A DNA stretch of 64,000 nt, taken from positions 519 to 64,518 of IMG/VR virus record IMGVR_UViG_3300044213_000090; one strand, given 5' to 3'. Below the pieces are notes generated by a model that had not been told where the DNA came from, made no database searches, and saw nothing but the letters and a program-made list of their open reading frames with translations. This DNA is from a virus (taxonomy: Duplodnaviria; Caudoviricetes). How positions within the stretch are numbered: position 1 is the first letter of the stretch; each line of letters starts with the position of its first letter. Both the position numbers and the translations under genes were made by a program. This document shows, piece after piece, positions 11,201 through 20,388 of the stretch.

Positions 11201-14200
11201 AGTTGCGTGAAATGTTTAGCAAGCCTTTAGAGTACAAGTTGTTATTCGATATTGCGCAGACTAAAGAAAAGATTGCTCAATATAAAGAGATTGCCGCCGG
11301 TGAAAAAGGCAAGTTTAAAGCAGGCTACCTTAAGTATGTTAAGGAGTTAGAGAAGACTATCGAGCAGGCTGAGAAGTATCTTGATGATATTCGTGCTCGT
11401 GAGACTGAGTATTTTACTATTGAAGGTGAGAACAATAAGCGTTCAGTGCAGATGACTCGTAAGATTCTCAAAGAAGCACTAGATGAGAACAAGGTAACTG
11501 AAGAACAAGCCGCTCCAGTACGTAGAGAGATTGATCGTATTGAGGCCGAGAACCAAGCTGAGTTAGAGCAACGTATTAAAGAGCGCCGTATTGCTGAGCA
11601 AGAAGCGCTTGAAAAACAAGCTGCACAACCTACGATACGTCAAGAAGTTATTGGCAGTAATGTGGTATTGCCCGGTACTAAAGATGTAGTTTTACAAAAG
11701 AAAATTGTAGAAAAGAAAAAGCCATTAACAGCAGAAGAAAAACAAGCTAAGTTATACAAAGAAAGCGCTGAAGGCGCTAAAGATATGCAGGCTATCCGCA
11801 AACAGCTTGGACTAGATAAGCCTAACCGCAAAGATGTGATTGCTGATTCTAAAGCATATATTAAGGCATTGGAAGAGCGTATTGAAGTTAACGACAAGAA
11901 GCGTCGTGTAACTAATCCTAAGAGCGAAGCTCGTGCCAAGTTTGAAGGTGTTGTTGATGCGCTTACTAAAGAGCTAGAAAATGAGAAAAAAAACCTAGCT
12001 GAGCTACAAAAATTAGCAAAAGCCGAACGTGCCTTGGCGGTTGCTGGAAATGAACCCGGCCGCAAACAAAGACTTAAGCCATTAAAGCGTGGTCAAGTTG
12101 ATCTAGCTAAAAAATTTGAAGAAGGCGTAAAAGCCGAAAAAAGTTACGAGCCTGATTACAGTCCGCGTGTAAGTAGAGACGAGAATGGAAGCTATATTTT
12201 TAGGCAAACTGAAGGCGATATAGGCAGTTCGCTATTTAGGCGTGATGAAGGTAAAGTCGGAGCTGTTGATATAGCTGAAACCGCTAAACGTGCTGAGCAG
12301 TTTAAATCTGCTTTGCCTGAAGGAGTTAAGTTTGAGTACGCCGATACTTCTGAGCAGTTGCCTGATTACGTAAAAGCGCAACTTTCTGAAAGTTCCCTAA
12401 ACAATATGAAAGGCGCTTTGTTGCCTGATGGCACTATCGTAGTTGTCGGCGATAAGCACGCTAACATGTTGGACTTTGAAAAGACATTAGCACACGAAGC
12501 TATTGGTCACTATGGTGTAGAGCGTATCCTTGGCAAAGAAGGCCTTGTAAATCTTATTACTAAGATTGATGCGCAAAAAGGTGGATTCCATAAACTAGCT
12601 AGCGAGATGGGCGTTTTAGACGCCGTGCTTAAAGAAATTCGCGAAGAAAAAGAAGAGCGTGGTACGTTAACTCCACAGCAAGAAAAAATGATTGCTGTCC
12701 GAGAAATGATTGCCCGCTTTGAAGAAAAGCGTTTAGACGACACAGGGTTTATCAAAAAAGCTGAGCGCTTTATAAAAGAACTTATCGGTACGATGCGTCA
12801 GTGGATACGCAAGAGCGGGTTATCTAAGCTTGAAAATATCACAGATACAGACATGCTCTATTTATTAAAGCAGTCTAGAGAAGCGCTAAAAGGCAATCGT
12901 GAATTTACGTATACTCATATCGGCGGTGAAACAGCATTCCGTAAAGCTAAGTTTGAGAATGAGAATGATCCGCTTGCCCAGTTATCAGAGAAGTTAGTAG
13001 CTAAGCCAAAAGGAATTAAAGATACGTTGAAAGGCAACCTAGCTGCTTTCAATACGCAGTTCGTTGACCGCTTAGCTCCGTTAAAAGAGATTTGGCGTCG
13101 TATGGGCGAAACAGGCCTAGCTTCGCAGATGATTTATAACTTATTGGCGCACGGTCAACGCACAAACATTACTAGTGAAACCGTTACAAATGGCGCTAGA
13201 GTGTTTTATAAAGACCCCGTAACCGGTGAAGTTACTATTCGTGCTTCGGGTGGTCCGGGTATGAAGCAGGTATTGCAAGAGTTACTGCAATCTACTAAGG
13301 GTAATGCCCAAGCATTAAATGAAATGTTTACCGCATATGCTGCGGCTAAACGTGCTGAACTTGTTGGATATAAGAAGTTGGTAGCTGACGGAGAAATTAG
13401 CGCTAATATTACTCCTGCTATGTTGGAAGCGGCCAAAAAGTCTGGCGATGCTGACCCAGCTTTTGTTAAAGCATTTAAGACATACCAAGAATATAACAAC
13501 GGCTTGATTGATAATTTAGCGCAGTCAGGCTACATATCGGAAGCTAAAGCCAAAGAGTTTAAGAACAGAAACTATATTCCATACTATCGTTCACGTGGCG
13601 GAAATGTGGATTTGATTATTGGTTCTGAAAGCCCTATCCGTATTGGTACATTAAAAGACCAGCCTTACTTACATGAGTTAGTTGGCGGCGATCAAAAAAT
13701 TCAAGACTTCTTCAAGTCTGCTGTTGCTAACACCAATATGATTACCGAAATGGCTTTGCGTAATAACGCAACTGCCAGCGTAGCTAGAACACTACAAGAC
13801 TTGGGTATTGCCGAGATTCGTAAAGGCGAAGGCGCTATGGGGCCTGATGTTATCCGCTTTAAGTCTAACGGCAAAGATTATCACGCTATTATTGATACAT
13901 CTAAGAACGCAGAGTTTAGCGATATCAGTCCGCAACTTTTAGTCAAGGGTATGGAAGGTATTCCAACCCAGCTTCCGGGTATCGTGCGTTTAATGGGAAT
14001 GCCGGCAAATTGGCTACGTAAGGGCGTTACACGCAATCCTTTCTATGCCTACAAGCAGTTAGTTCGTGATCCAATGTCCGCTTGGTTAACAACAGGGGGC
14101 GAGTTCACACCGATTCTGTCATCACTTAAGGAAGTTAGTAACGCTTTTGGTAAAGGCTCCGATACGGCTAGACATTTACAAGAGTCAGGTATTTTGGGTG

Positions 14201-15525
14201 GGGAAGTTTACACAGGACGTGCTGAAGATTTAAACCAAATTGTTACTCGCTTGCAATCAGGCAAAGCAAACGTAACCGGCGCTTTGGCATTTATGGATAG
14301 GGTTGCTACTGAAGCTGACGCTTCTACCCGTTCTGTTCTTTATGATAGCTTCCGCAAACAGGGTTTGACGGATATGGAAGCGCAGATTGCCACAATGGAG
14401 TCCATGAACTTTAATACTCGTGGCGCTTCTCCGTCTATGCACTGGGTTAATACAATGGTGCCGTTCTTTAATTCGGCTATCCAAGGCTACAACGTAATGT
14501 ACAAAGCGTTTACCGGCAAGATGCCGTACGCTAAGAAACTAGACTTGCAAAACAAGTTAATCAAACGTGGTGCCATGATTGCGGGTATGTCGATTCTGTA
14601 CGCGATTGCACAACAAGATAACGAAGCCTATAAGAACGCTACACCTGAACAGAAGTATTTGAATTGGTTTGTACCCGGAATGGGTAAAGATGGGAAAGAG
14701 GCGTTTAGACTGCCTATCCCGTTTGAAGCAGGCTATATTTTCAAAGCGCTGCCCGAAGCCGTAGTAAACATGGCTTACAGTGATGAGAAAGCTAGAGAAG
14801 GTCTTGATGCGATTAGAACAGTATTGAACGCCACTAATCCTTTGGGTATTCCTACCGCTGTTAAGGCCCCTATTGAACTGGCTATGAACCGGTCTATCTA
14901 TACAGGTCGTGATATTGAAAGCCAGCGTATTCAACAGTTAGAACCCGGCAAGCGTGCCTACGATACAACCAGCGAGCCAGCTAAGATGCTTGGTGATATG
15001 TTAGGGATTTCCCCTATTACACTGGACTACTTGGCTAAGAGCTATCTCGGCGGTATTTTTACAACCGTTGCTTCCGTAGTTAATCCTATGCTTGCGTCTA
15101 ACGAAAACGTGAAACCTGACGGCACTATGTCTGATTTGCCTGTGTTTGGTCAGATGTTCCAGCCTGAAGACGCTGGCGGCATTTCTATGCGTGCCTACGA
15201 CGTACTACAACAAGCTGCGCAACGCTCAGCTACTTACAAAGATTTGGTTGCAAGAGGCGCCACAAAAGAGGCTGAATCGTACGGTAAAGAGTACGCTCAA
15301 GAGATCGGTGTTGGCAATATGGCGGCTAGCATGAAGGCTGATTTGGACCAGTTATCGGGCGAAATTCGCAAGGTTAAAGAACAGCGCTTACCCCCCGGCA
15401 TGAGTCCACAGCAGTTTGCGGTTCAAAAACGTCAACAGCTAACTAAGTTGCAAGAACAGCGTGCCAAGCTAGCACAAGACTTCCTCAAGCAAGTCGCCGA
15501 AACAAAACGCCAAGCTTCCCGTTAA
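8269..15525 (+). CDS. giant polyvalent ejected protein (coiled coil, HExxH metallopeptidase-like domain, LPD38-like C-terminus)
   Basis: 2418 aa; LAHEAIGHYG; C-terminal PFFNSAIQG, FRLPIPFE, PIELAMNRSIYTGRDI. Confidence 0.7.
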   Translation: MPYLKLPTGAFVEVPSGLTDAEALSLAKEQFPEGFEDYAAHKEKTGGFSALKAGLKGGAGSALEGLGNLVGSDEFAKYGKDIKDEAAQQYQATTPQDIDVAKRQGITSLLSTGINRYITEPVGSAVGSVVGRYGAPIAAGAAAGVAAPEAALAAPIAFAATNFPIHFGEDITAQKAAGQEPDYGRALISAVAQTAVDSLGGEIVGGAMKGFALKTATQEAQLLAPKVLSGELAAKDAAAQISGKLASVVKGTVEAAGAGTLMSTVGTAGQRFAAGQDIFSPEALDQYTQAAKELGLVAPFFGLLHAGQPARAKALIDNAAKTGEAQRLDIAKEQQAGNAQIMAEHYASPEGQLELKQAREPIVQEMNDLKEVLKGKGLAKKEKQAGKDRLNELQKQLEEINNRVGVPKAELPEGEVPQTIQGRLEALRQKRAEDAAAQEEVLRKARAGLELGEEVKAQPIKSGLQKTGTYLNEKGEEVPQYSQTAPSTLTVSEKEAQARELQSHREMLANSIPRMEDMVDNIQKQLDGAIAKGDTETYRKLVGDRAKIVDALDAAKKQQEALPKLPEEERAALEKEVKTLTKEASKYTGPAFDQEKVDKIVTKLEAAKKRLGELPEPEQENLFAPKQQGLAFEPTKEEKAHAERQKDLEEAFSKTDEHLLDKIFDAIGASGEDRGLPETPTEQALSPRNRIAHAQEKQRLAHDNLADAVEDIRANPESAMRHTLVPSAKARYIKSAIAEVGAIREENKQKPLTNDEKLKLAYDVQDTLNKVVENKNASVLNRISGTEPTQLEKQLGQIKAKYQQGESRFRPVEDFYLRQERDATLALKEEMAKKKPNLERVKALRREVEAGRKENARLEAERAKQEAVDMERYAPSGVNPDQYSLFGAKELEPIATVRATPANFMKFVGIQRTKLQHAIKQAKAAIEAAKAKGTSAAEDRARVEAIAAKKGPLIERLTDRLEESFAANKENAMDRSAKLREMFSKPLEYKLLFDIAQTKEKIAQYKEIAAGEKGKFKAGYLKYVKELEKTIEQAEKYLDDIRARETEYFTIEGENNKRSVQMTRKILKEALDENKVTEEQAAPVRREIDRIEAENQAELEQRIKERRIAEQEALEKQAAQPTIRQEVIGSNVVLPGTKDVVLQKKIVEKKKPLTAEEKQAKLYKESAEGAKDMQAIRKQLGLDKPNRKDVIADSKAYIKALEERIEVNDKKRRVTNPKSEARAKFEGVVDALTKELENEKKNLAELQKLAKAERALAVAGNEPGRKQRLKPLKRGQVDLAKKFEEGVKAEKSYEPDYSPRVSRDENGSYIFRQTEGDIGSSLFRRDEGKVGAVDIAETAKRAEQFKSALPEGVKFEYADTSEQLPDYVKAQLSESSLNNMKGALLPDGTIVVVGDKHANMLDFEKTLAHEAIGHYGVERILGKEGLVNLITKIDAQKGGFHKLASEMGVLDAVLKEIREEKEERGTLTPQQEKMIAVREMIARFEEKRLDDTGFIKKAERFIKELIGTMRQWIRKSGLSKLENITDTDMLYLLKQSREALKGNREFTYTHIGGETAFRKAKFENENDPLAQLSEKLVAKPKGIKDTLKGNLAAFNTQFVDRLAPLKEIWRRMGETGLASQMIYNLLAHGQRTNITSETVTNGARVFYKDPVTGEVTIRASGGPGMKQVLQELLQSTKGNAQALNEMFTAYAAAKRAELVGYKKLVADGEISANITPAMLEAAKKSGDADPAFVKAFKTYQEYNNGLIDNLAQSGYISEAKAKEFKNRNYIPYYRSRGGNVDLIIGSESPIRIGTLKDQPYLHELVGGDQKIQDFFKSAVANTNMITEMALRNNATASVARTLQDLGIAEIRKGEGAMGPDVIRFKSNGKDYHAIIDTSKNAEFSDISPQLLVKGMEGIPTQLPGIVRLMGMPANWLRKGVTRNPFYAYKQLVRDPMSAWLTTGGEFTPILSSLKEVSNAFGKGSDTARHLQESGILGGEVYTGRAEDLNQIVTRLQSGKANVTGALAFMDRVATEADASTRSVLYDSFRKQGLTDMEAQIATMESMNFNTRGASPSMHWVNTMVPFFNSAIQGYNVMYKAFTGKMPYAKKLDLQNKLIKRGAMIAGMSILYAIAQQDNEAYKNATPEQKYLNWFVPGMGKDGKEAFRLPIPFEAGYIFKALPEAVVNMAYSDEKAREGLDAIRTVLNATNPLGIPTAVKAPIELAMNRSIYTGRDIESQRIQQLEPGKRAYDTTSEPAKMLGDMLGISPITLDYLAKSYLGGIFTTVASVVNPMLASNENVKPDGTMSDLPVFGQMFQPEDAGGISMRAYDVLQQAAQRSATYKDLVARGATKEAESYGKEYAQEIGVGNMAASMKADLDQLSGEIRKVKEQRLPPGMSPQQFAVQKRQQLTKLQEQRAKLAQDFLKQVAETKRQASR

Positions 15526-15679
15526 CAATACCAAGTTCGGCTTTGGCTTTGACTTGGTGGTAGACGGCAGCTTTTAATCCAGCTTCTCGGGTTTCGGCTA
15601 GCTTGAGCGAAGGAACGAAGAACGCCCCACGTGGGGGCGTTGTGAGCCAAGGGTAATGCACTCTAATTTTCCTGCTCAT
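15485..15679 (-). CDS. hypothetical protein
   Basis: Last gene of the leftward arm; overlaps primase stop; YPW...GAFFVP motif. Confidence 0.55.
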   Translation of the reverse strand: MSRKIRVHYPWLTTPPRGAFFVPSLKLAETREAGLKAAVYHQVKAKAELGIVNGKLGVLFRRLA

Positions 15680-18530
15680 CTTCGTCTTCTACACGTCGGC
15701 TAATCTGCATCACGTTCACACGCATGCTTGGGCCTTTTGTTTTAGACAGCATGTTTTTCTTTTCTATATAGTTAACCTTAAAGCCTTTGAGCGCTTCCAT
15801 CTGTTTCTTAAATACGGAATATCCAAAGCTCATAGATACACAATGTGAACGTAGCAGTTGTTCTTCAATATAGTAATCAATCCAGCCGGGGTTCATGTTT
15901 CTATCAATGCGCCCAGCTACTTGCGAACGAGTAATAGATTGGTCCACTACACCGCCTTCTCCTAGTGATGCCTCGATTACTCCATTGAAGTTCTTAACCA
16001 CAATAAACTTGCCGTAGTTCTCACGAGTGTAAGCGTTAAGCACATCTTCCGCAGATTTCCTAGAACCAAAGACTACCGCCCTAGCCCGATCAACCATTCC
16101 ACGAAGGACTTCAATGACAGGGCTAACAGGAATATCAATAATATTAGCGTACTTCCTACCCAAAAGAATGGCAATACTAACCACAGCAGCGTTTCCAGCA
16201 CTCCAGTAGCGCTCGTCATTCGTTGTATTGAACTCTTTCTTGAGCATCTCGTGCGTCTTCTTGAATACATCTTTAACAATCTCCTGATTCTGTACCATCC
16301 AACTAATGAGCATTTCACCCGCTACACCGTAATTGGTTTTAAGCTGGTCTAGGACTGCGGATTCTACATCACTCCATTCCAGTTTGACTGTTGGGCACTC
16401 TTCCAAAACACGAAGCATTTCAGCCTGTGATGCGTGCTTACGCATACCACCCAAGAAGTCAAACACGTGCGTATTAGAAGTTAACAAGGCGGTGGATTTC
16501 CAGTTCAGTACGTTCAATCTTTCCTTGTTAGCGTTGCTCTCCATACGCTCCTTACCCTTACCTTGTGATTGGTCTAGTAAGAATGTAGGAAGCCACTCAA
16601 AATCACCCCGGTTCTTAGCGGTAATCTCGTCGGTTACTAAAGGCAAGCTACCTAAAATACCCTGACGTTGTTGCAAAGCCACCGCTGAAGTTGCCTGACC
16701 TACACGATACATGCCGGGTTGACCAAAGAAACTTTCAGCAATAGACAGCGCTAACGATTTACCTGTACCTGATTCACTAGAGCCCAAGTGGTATGTCATA
16801 CCATTAAATCCTGAGAACTCCATAAGCAACGATGCTGGACCAACTAAACCCATAGTCAAGATATTCCAAATCTCTCGCTTAATAAAAAGATTGATAACGT
16901 CTTTCCAGCCATCAACTGTTCCTGATGGTTGTGTATGCTGATTGACGTTTTCAAGACCGGGTGTAGGAACAAATATCTTCTTGCCTGTCGGGGTATAGAT
17001 ATGACTGTTATAAACGAATGTCTTGTCTTCTTGCCATCCGCAGTTGTTTGGCACTTTAATTGCTTTCTTATTAGCACTAGCCTGTTCAACACAAGCCCGC
17101 ACATAATCAGATAGGTTCTTATCATTGCCAGCGCCAAACGCCGCAATGATGTTTTGGTTTGCCAAAGCTTTAACTGTTTCATCTTTACTTACCACAGCTC
17201 GTTGTGGAAGCAGAATATCAATTGCCCCTTCGGGTCTACAAGCTACCATGTGCACAATGTGGTCGCCATTACGGTTCAATATATCTACCACAAATAAGTC
17301 ATACGGCAGTAGCATGATCTGCTTCCGCGTTTTGTTTCCCTGAGAATCTTCCTCAGTTTTATCTACATAAATACCGCCGCTTTGCCCGTAGCTATATCCT
17401 CTAGGTGGAACTGGTTTGGTAACTGTCGGCGCTTGAATCTCCGCCGCTTCTTCCTCAGCCGCCATGCGTTCCATGACAATTTCTTTTTCAGTATTGTCGG
17501 TCTTTAATTCTCTGCCCCAGATGAGCGGGTTTGTTATCTTGCCATTAAAGTGCGGACAGCTTGTGCATACCCCCGGATTTACTTCATCCATCTTAAGGCA
17601 TGGGCTTGGGCCTTTAGTGCTATTCCATTTGGCGTTGATGCGGTCTTCATCGTATGGGTGCATAGCACCTAACTTTTGTGCCCACTCGTAGCCATCATCG
17701 CAACGCTTAGCCCATGAAACTATATTGAAGAACAACGGCTCCATGCCGTCGTCGCTTGCGTGTTCCTGATAGTATTTTAACTGCGCACAGCCGTCAGCTT
17801 TTTTAATTATGTTTTTGAAGAAAGTGCTGGAGTTTTCAAGAAGCTTGACACTGGTTGCCCCTGTTTCTTTTGGGCGTTTGCCGGGTATGTTTAAAGAAGT
17901 TTCTTCGTACGTAGTAGTCAGGTGGTCTTTAATGATGGCGTTGATTTGTTCAAGCTCAAAAGTTATGCCTTCCACTTTAATGCGGACTTTGCGTGGCTTT
18001 TCTTTCTTGTAGTTGTTGGTGTCGGGCACCCGCAGTACCCTTGACGCATCGCCTGTTACGCCAAAGTCAATATTAAAACCTTTTTGTTTGCATAGACGCT
18101 TAAGGTTCTCTGCAACGGGTTTCCATACTGCTATGTCTGCGTCTTCAGTTAGAGGCCAGTAGACGTGTAATCCGCCACCACTATCATTGACGTATGGCTC
18201 GCCGAGGTCTATTAGCGAAGTTTCGGACAAAAAGGTACCCAATGCCGCCACAGCCGCCTGTTGACTATCATAATCCTTTCCATCGCCACAATCAATATCC
18301 AAGAATAGCGAACGCATCTTGACAGCGTTCTTGGAAAGCCTACTAGATTCACCAAATGATGCTAACGCAAAGTATGCGTCCAAGCCCCGTTGACTAAAAT
18401 CAACGGCAACTTTATATAAGCTGTCAATGTCATCGACAAAGACATGTTCTTTTTTGTCTGTACTCAGTTCACAGGCGCAATACTTACCTGAGGACGGAAG
18501 CACAGTCGCTAGGAACTCCTGCGACTTCAT
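15663..18530 (-). CDS. DNA primase-helicase (RepB/AEP-like primase + DUF927 + P-loop)
   Basis: LFLDID, SGGGLHVYW, RVLRVP primase motifs; C..C..C cluster; SESGTGKS Walker A; LVTDE Walker B. Confidence 0.85.
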   Translation of the reverse strand: MKSQEFLATVLPSSGKYCACELSTDKKEHVFVDDIDSLYKVAVDFSQRGLDAYFALASFGESSRLSKNAVKMRSLFLDIDCGDGKDYDSQQAAVAALGTFLSETSLIDLGEPYVNDSGGGLHVYWPLTEDADIAVWKPVAENLKRLCKQKGFNIDFGVTGDASRVLRVPDTNNYKKEKPRKVRIKVEGITFELEQINAIIKDHLTTTYEETSLNIPGKRPKETGATSVKLLENSSTFFKNIIKKADGCAQLKYYQEHASDDGMEPLFFNIVSWAKRCDDGYEWAQKLGAMHPYDEDRINAKWNSTKGPSPCLKMDEVNPGVCTSCPHFNGKITNPLIWGRELKTDNTEKEIVMERMAAEEEAAEIQAPTVTKPVPPRGYSYGQSGGIYVDKTEEDSQGNKTRKQIMLLPYDLFVVDILNRNGDHIVHMVACRPEGAIDILLPQRAVVSKDETVKALANQNIIAAFGAGNDKNLSDYVRACVEQASANKKAIKVPNNCGWQEDKTFVYNSHIYTPTGKKIFVPTPGLENVNQHTQPSGTVDGWKDVINLFIKREIWNILTMGLVGPASLLMEFSGFNGMTYHLGSSESGTGKSLALSIAESFFGQPGMYRVGQATSAVALQQRQGILGSLPLVTDEITAKNRGDFEWLPTFLLDQSQGKGKERMESNANKERLNVLNWKSTALLTSNTHVFDFLGGMRKHASQAEMLRVLEECPTVKLEWSDVESAVLDQLKTNYGVAGEMLISWMVQNQEIVKDVFKKTHEMLKKEFNTTNDERYWSAGNAAVVSIAILLGRKYANIIDIPVSPVIEVLRGMVDRARAVVFGSRKSAEDVLNAYTRENYGKFIVVKNFNGVIEASLGEGGVVDQSITRSQVAGRIDRNMNPGWIDYYIEEQLLRSHCVSMSFGYSVFKKQMEALKGFKVNYIEKKNMLSKTKGPSMRVNVMQISRRVEDEDEQEN

Positions 18531-18545
18531 AAATAACCCCTTAAA

Positions 18546-18701
18546 TTAGTAAACTCGTTCGTACAATCTGTGTACTATCTCTTGCTGGAATGACTCAGGC
18601 ATACTGCTATGCGCCGTTAAAAATCGTTCAGCGTAGTTAACTAATTCTCGGTCGGTTAATATACGTGGGTTAATCGGTGATGTTACTTGCTCTTGTTGCA
18701 T
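18546..18701 (-). CDS. small hypothetical protein (51 aa, MQQEQVTSPINPRILTDREL...)
   Basis: Read manually; fills the gap between the HTH gene and the primase. Confidence 0.55.
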   Translation of the reverse strand: MQQEQVTSPINPRILTDRELVNYAERFLTAHSSMPESFQQEIVHRLYERVY

Positions 18702-18949
18702 TTTCTCATTGCCTCCTCTGCTGTACTGCTTGATTGTAGGATGGCCAGTAAATTCTCTACACTTCTGCGGTATGCTGGCGATACTTCTGAACCACCAAAC
18801 CAGTTATAAATAGACTGACGTGTTGCTCCGGTGTAATCGGATATTTTTATTACTGGGAAGTCGAGCTTAACCGCCCATCTTCCTAAAAGGTTTCCCAAAC
18901 TCTTGGGAGCCTTAGATGTTTCTGCAATTATCTTGTCTGAATACGGCAT
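18683..18949 (-). CDS. HTH DNA-binding protein
   Basis: VIKISDYTGATRQSIYNWFGG helix-turn-helix. Confidence 0.75.
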   Translation of the reverse strand: MPYSDKIIAETSKAPKSLGNLLGRWAVKLDFPVIKISDYTGATRQSIYNWFGGSEVSPAYRRSVENLLAILQSSSTAEEAMRKCNKSK

Positions 18950-18994
18950 TGTTATTTTTCTCGTTAGGTAGGGGGGACAAGCCCCCCATGTTTA

Positions 18995-19885
18995 TCACTC
19001 GTCGTCTGTTTCCCACTCGCCAATTACTTCTGCTAGTTTGCCAGCCTTCTTAGCTGGGACTGCGTTTGGTTTTGTTGCAGGCTTACGTACTTCGGGTTCA
19101 TCAACATCGTCGCTAGCCGCTTCTACTTTAGCCTTTGGTTTTTCACCGGCTAGTTGTAGCGGTTCGTCTTTCTTCTTAGCAACAGTCATAGTAACTGCTT
19201 GCTTGGCTTCAGGCGATGCACCTTTCTTAGCGCATACAGCGTACTCATCATCGGTCAACCAGCGCATAGGTTGGAAGAACAACTTAGGTACCGCCGCCTT
19301 AGTATCGAAGCGCATACGAGTTACAAGTGTCTCAGGGTTAATGCTTTGAGCCGCAAGATAACGTGCGTAGGCTTGTAGTGGTCGCTTGTCACCATCCTCT
19401 TTACCGAAGATAGAAGTAGCCGCTAGAGTCAACTGCATAACGTCGCCTTCCATATCGTTAGCCAAAACAACTGCTAAACGCTGACTAAAACGGCACGCAC
19501 GTGAATCACCTAGACCTGAGCCTTTGGCATTTTGTGGGCAGTTTGCGCATGATGGCGCTTGTGGTTCGGCAAGGCTTGCATCAGGTGTATCGCCATCAGC
19601 AGACCAGCAAGTAGGTGCTGAGTTAGCGCCTTCCTCATAAGTGCCAGCATAGTAAGTACGGCTAATCTTTGGGGCAGCTTGAACAATAACTACGTCAAGG
19701 TGTCTGTCATCAATCGCAGCAACTTCTTTACCGCCAGCAATTAAACGGAATACTCCGCCTTTCGTTGAGATACGTTTTTGTGAGACCCCGACACCGCCAG
19801 CTAAGCTCTTAGCTAATGAAGATAATTCTGCGCTCTTAGCAAACGCTGGTAGTTTTGAGGGGTTAAATGTAGTGAGTTCACTCAT
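18995..19885 (-). CDS. putative ssDNA-binding / replication protein
   Basis: PTCWS..CANCPQN..G..RACR core; acidic C-terminal tail EWETDDE; in replication module. Confidence 0.55.
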   Translation of the reverse strand: MSELTTFNPSKLPAFAKSAELSSLAKSLAGGVGVSQKRISTKGGVFRLIAGGKEVAAIDDRHLDVVIVQAAPKISRTYYAGTYEEGANSAPTCWSADGDTPDASLAEPQAPSCANCPQNAKGSGLGDSRACRFSQRLAVVLANDMEGDVMQLTLAATSIFGKEDGDKRPLQAYARYLAAQSINPETLVTRMRFDTKAAVPKLFFQPMRWLTDDEYAVCAKKGASPEAKQAVTMTVAKKKDEPLQLAGEKPKAKVEAASDDVDEPEVRKPATKPNAVPAKKAGKLAEVIGEWETDDE

Positions 19886-19896
19886 TTCTTATTTCC

Positions 19897-20307
19897 TTAT
19901 TTAGTTGGTTTACGTACTGTTACTGCAAAATCTTGTAGAGAGTTTAACCCTGCTGGAACTAACCCCGGGTTTTCCTCTAGAAACAAGGCCATGTTCTTCT
20001 GCGATATACGTCGCTCGAACAAATCTAAAGCATCGTTGTCTACGGCAAACTGCTTGAAGGAATCCCAGTCGTCTGTGTAGTAACGAGTCTTTTGCGACAG
20101 GATGATAGTACCTTCATCAGTCTTCACCGAATTAGTACCGAGCGCTACCATCTGATCTTTCATAGCGTTCTTTAATTCATCTTGTTGCGCTTTGAGCTTT
20201 TCTACTTCGCTTTCGTACTCACGAGTTAGCTCTTGAACTCTTGAGTATATCTTTCGGTAAATCCTCGCCAGTTTGTCTAGCGGTACTACTTCTATTTCAT
20301 CAGACAT
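19897..20307 (-). CDS. conserved phage coiled-coil protein
   Basis: Start moved to MSDEIEVV after SD GAAAGGAG; SVKTDEGT..DWDSF motif. Confidence 0.65.
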   Translation of the reverse strand: MSDEIEVVPLDKLARIYRKIYSRVQELTREYESEVEKLKAQQDELKNAMKDQMVALGTNSVKTDEGTIILSQKTRYYTDDWDSFKQFAVDNDALDLFERRISQKNMALFLEENPGLVPAGLNSLQDFAVTVRKPTK

Positions 20308-20388
20308 TTGATTTCTCCTTTCAACGTCTATGTCAAATACTTTACAACAGTAGAGGCACGAATACAACCCAAACTAGGGTTTTTATTT

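Noticed and set aside
8814-14934. Many antisense ORFs within the giant gene
   Set aside because: Shadow ORFs from codon bias; no SDs or motifs.
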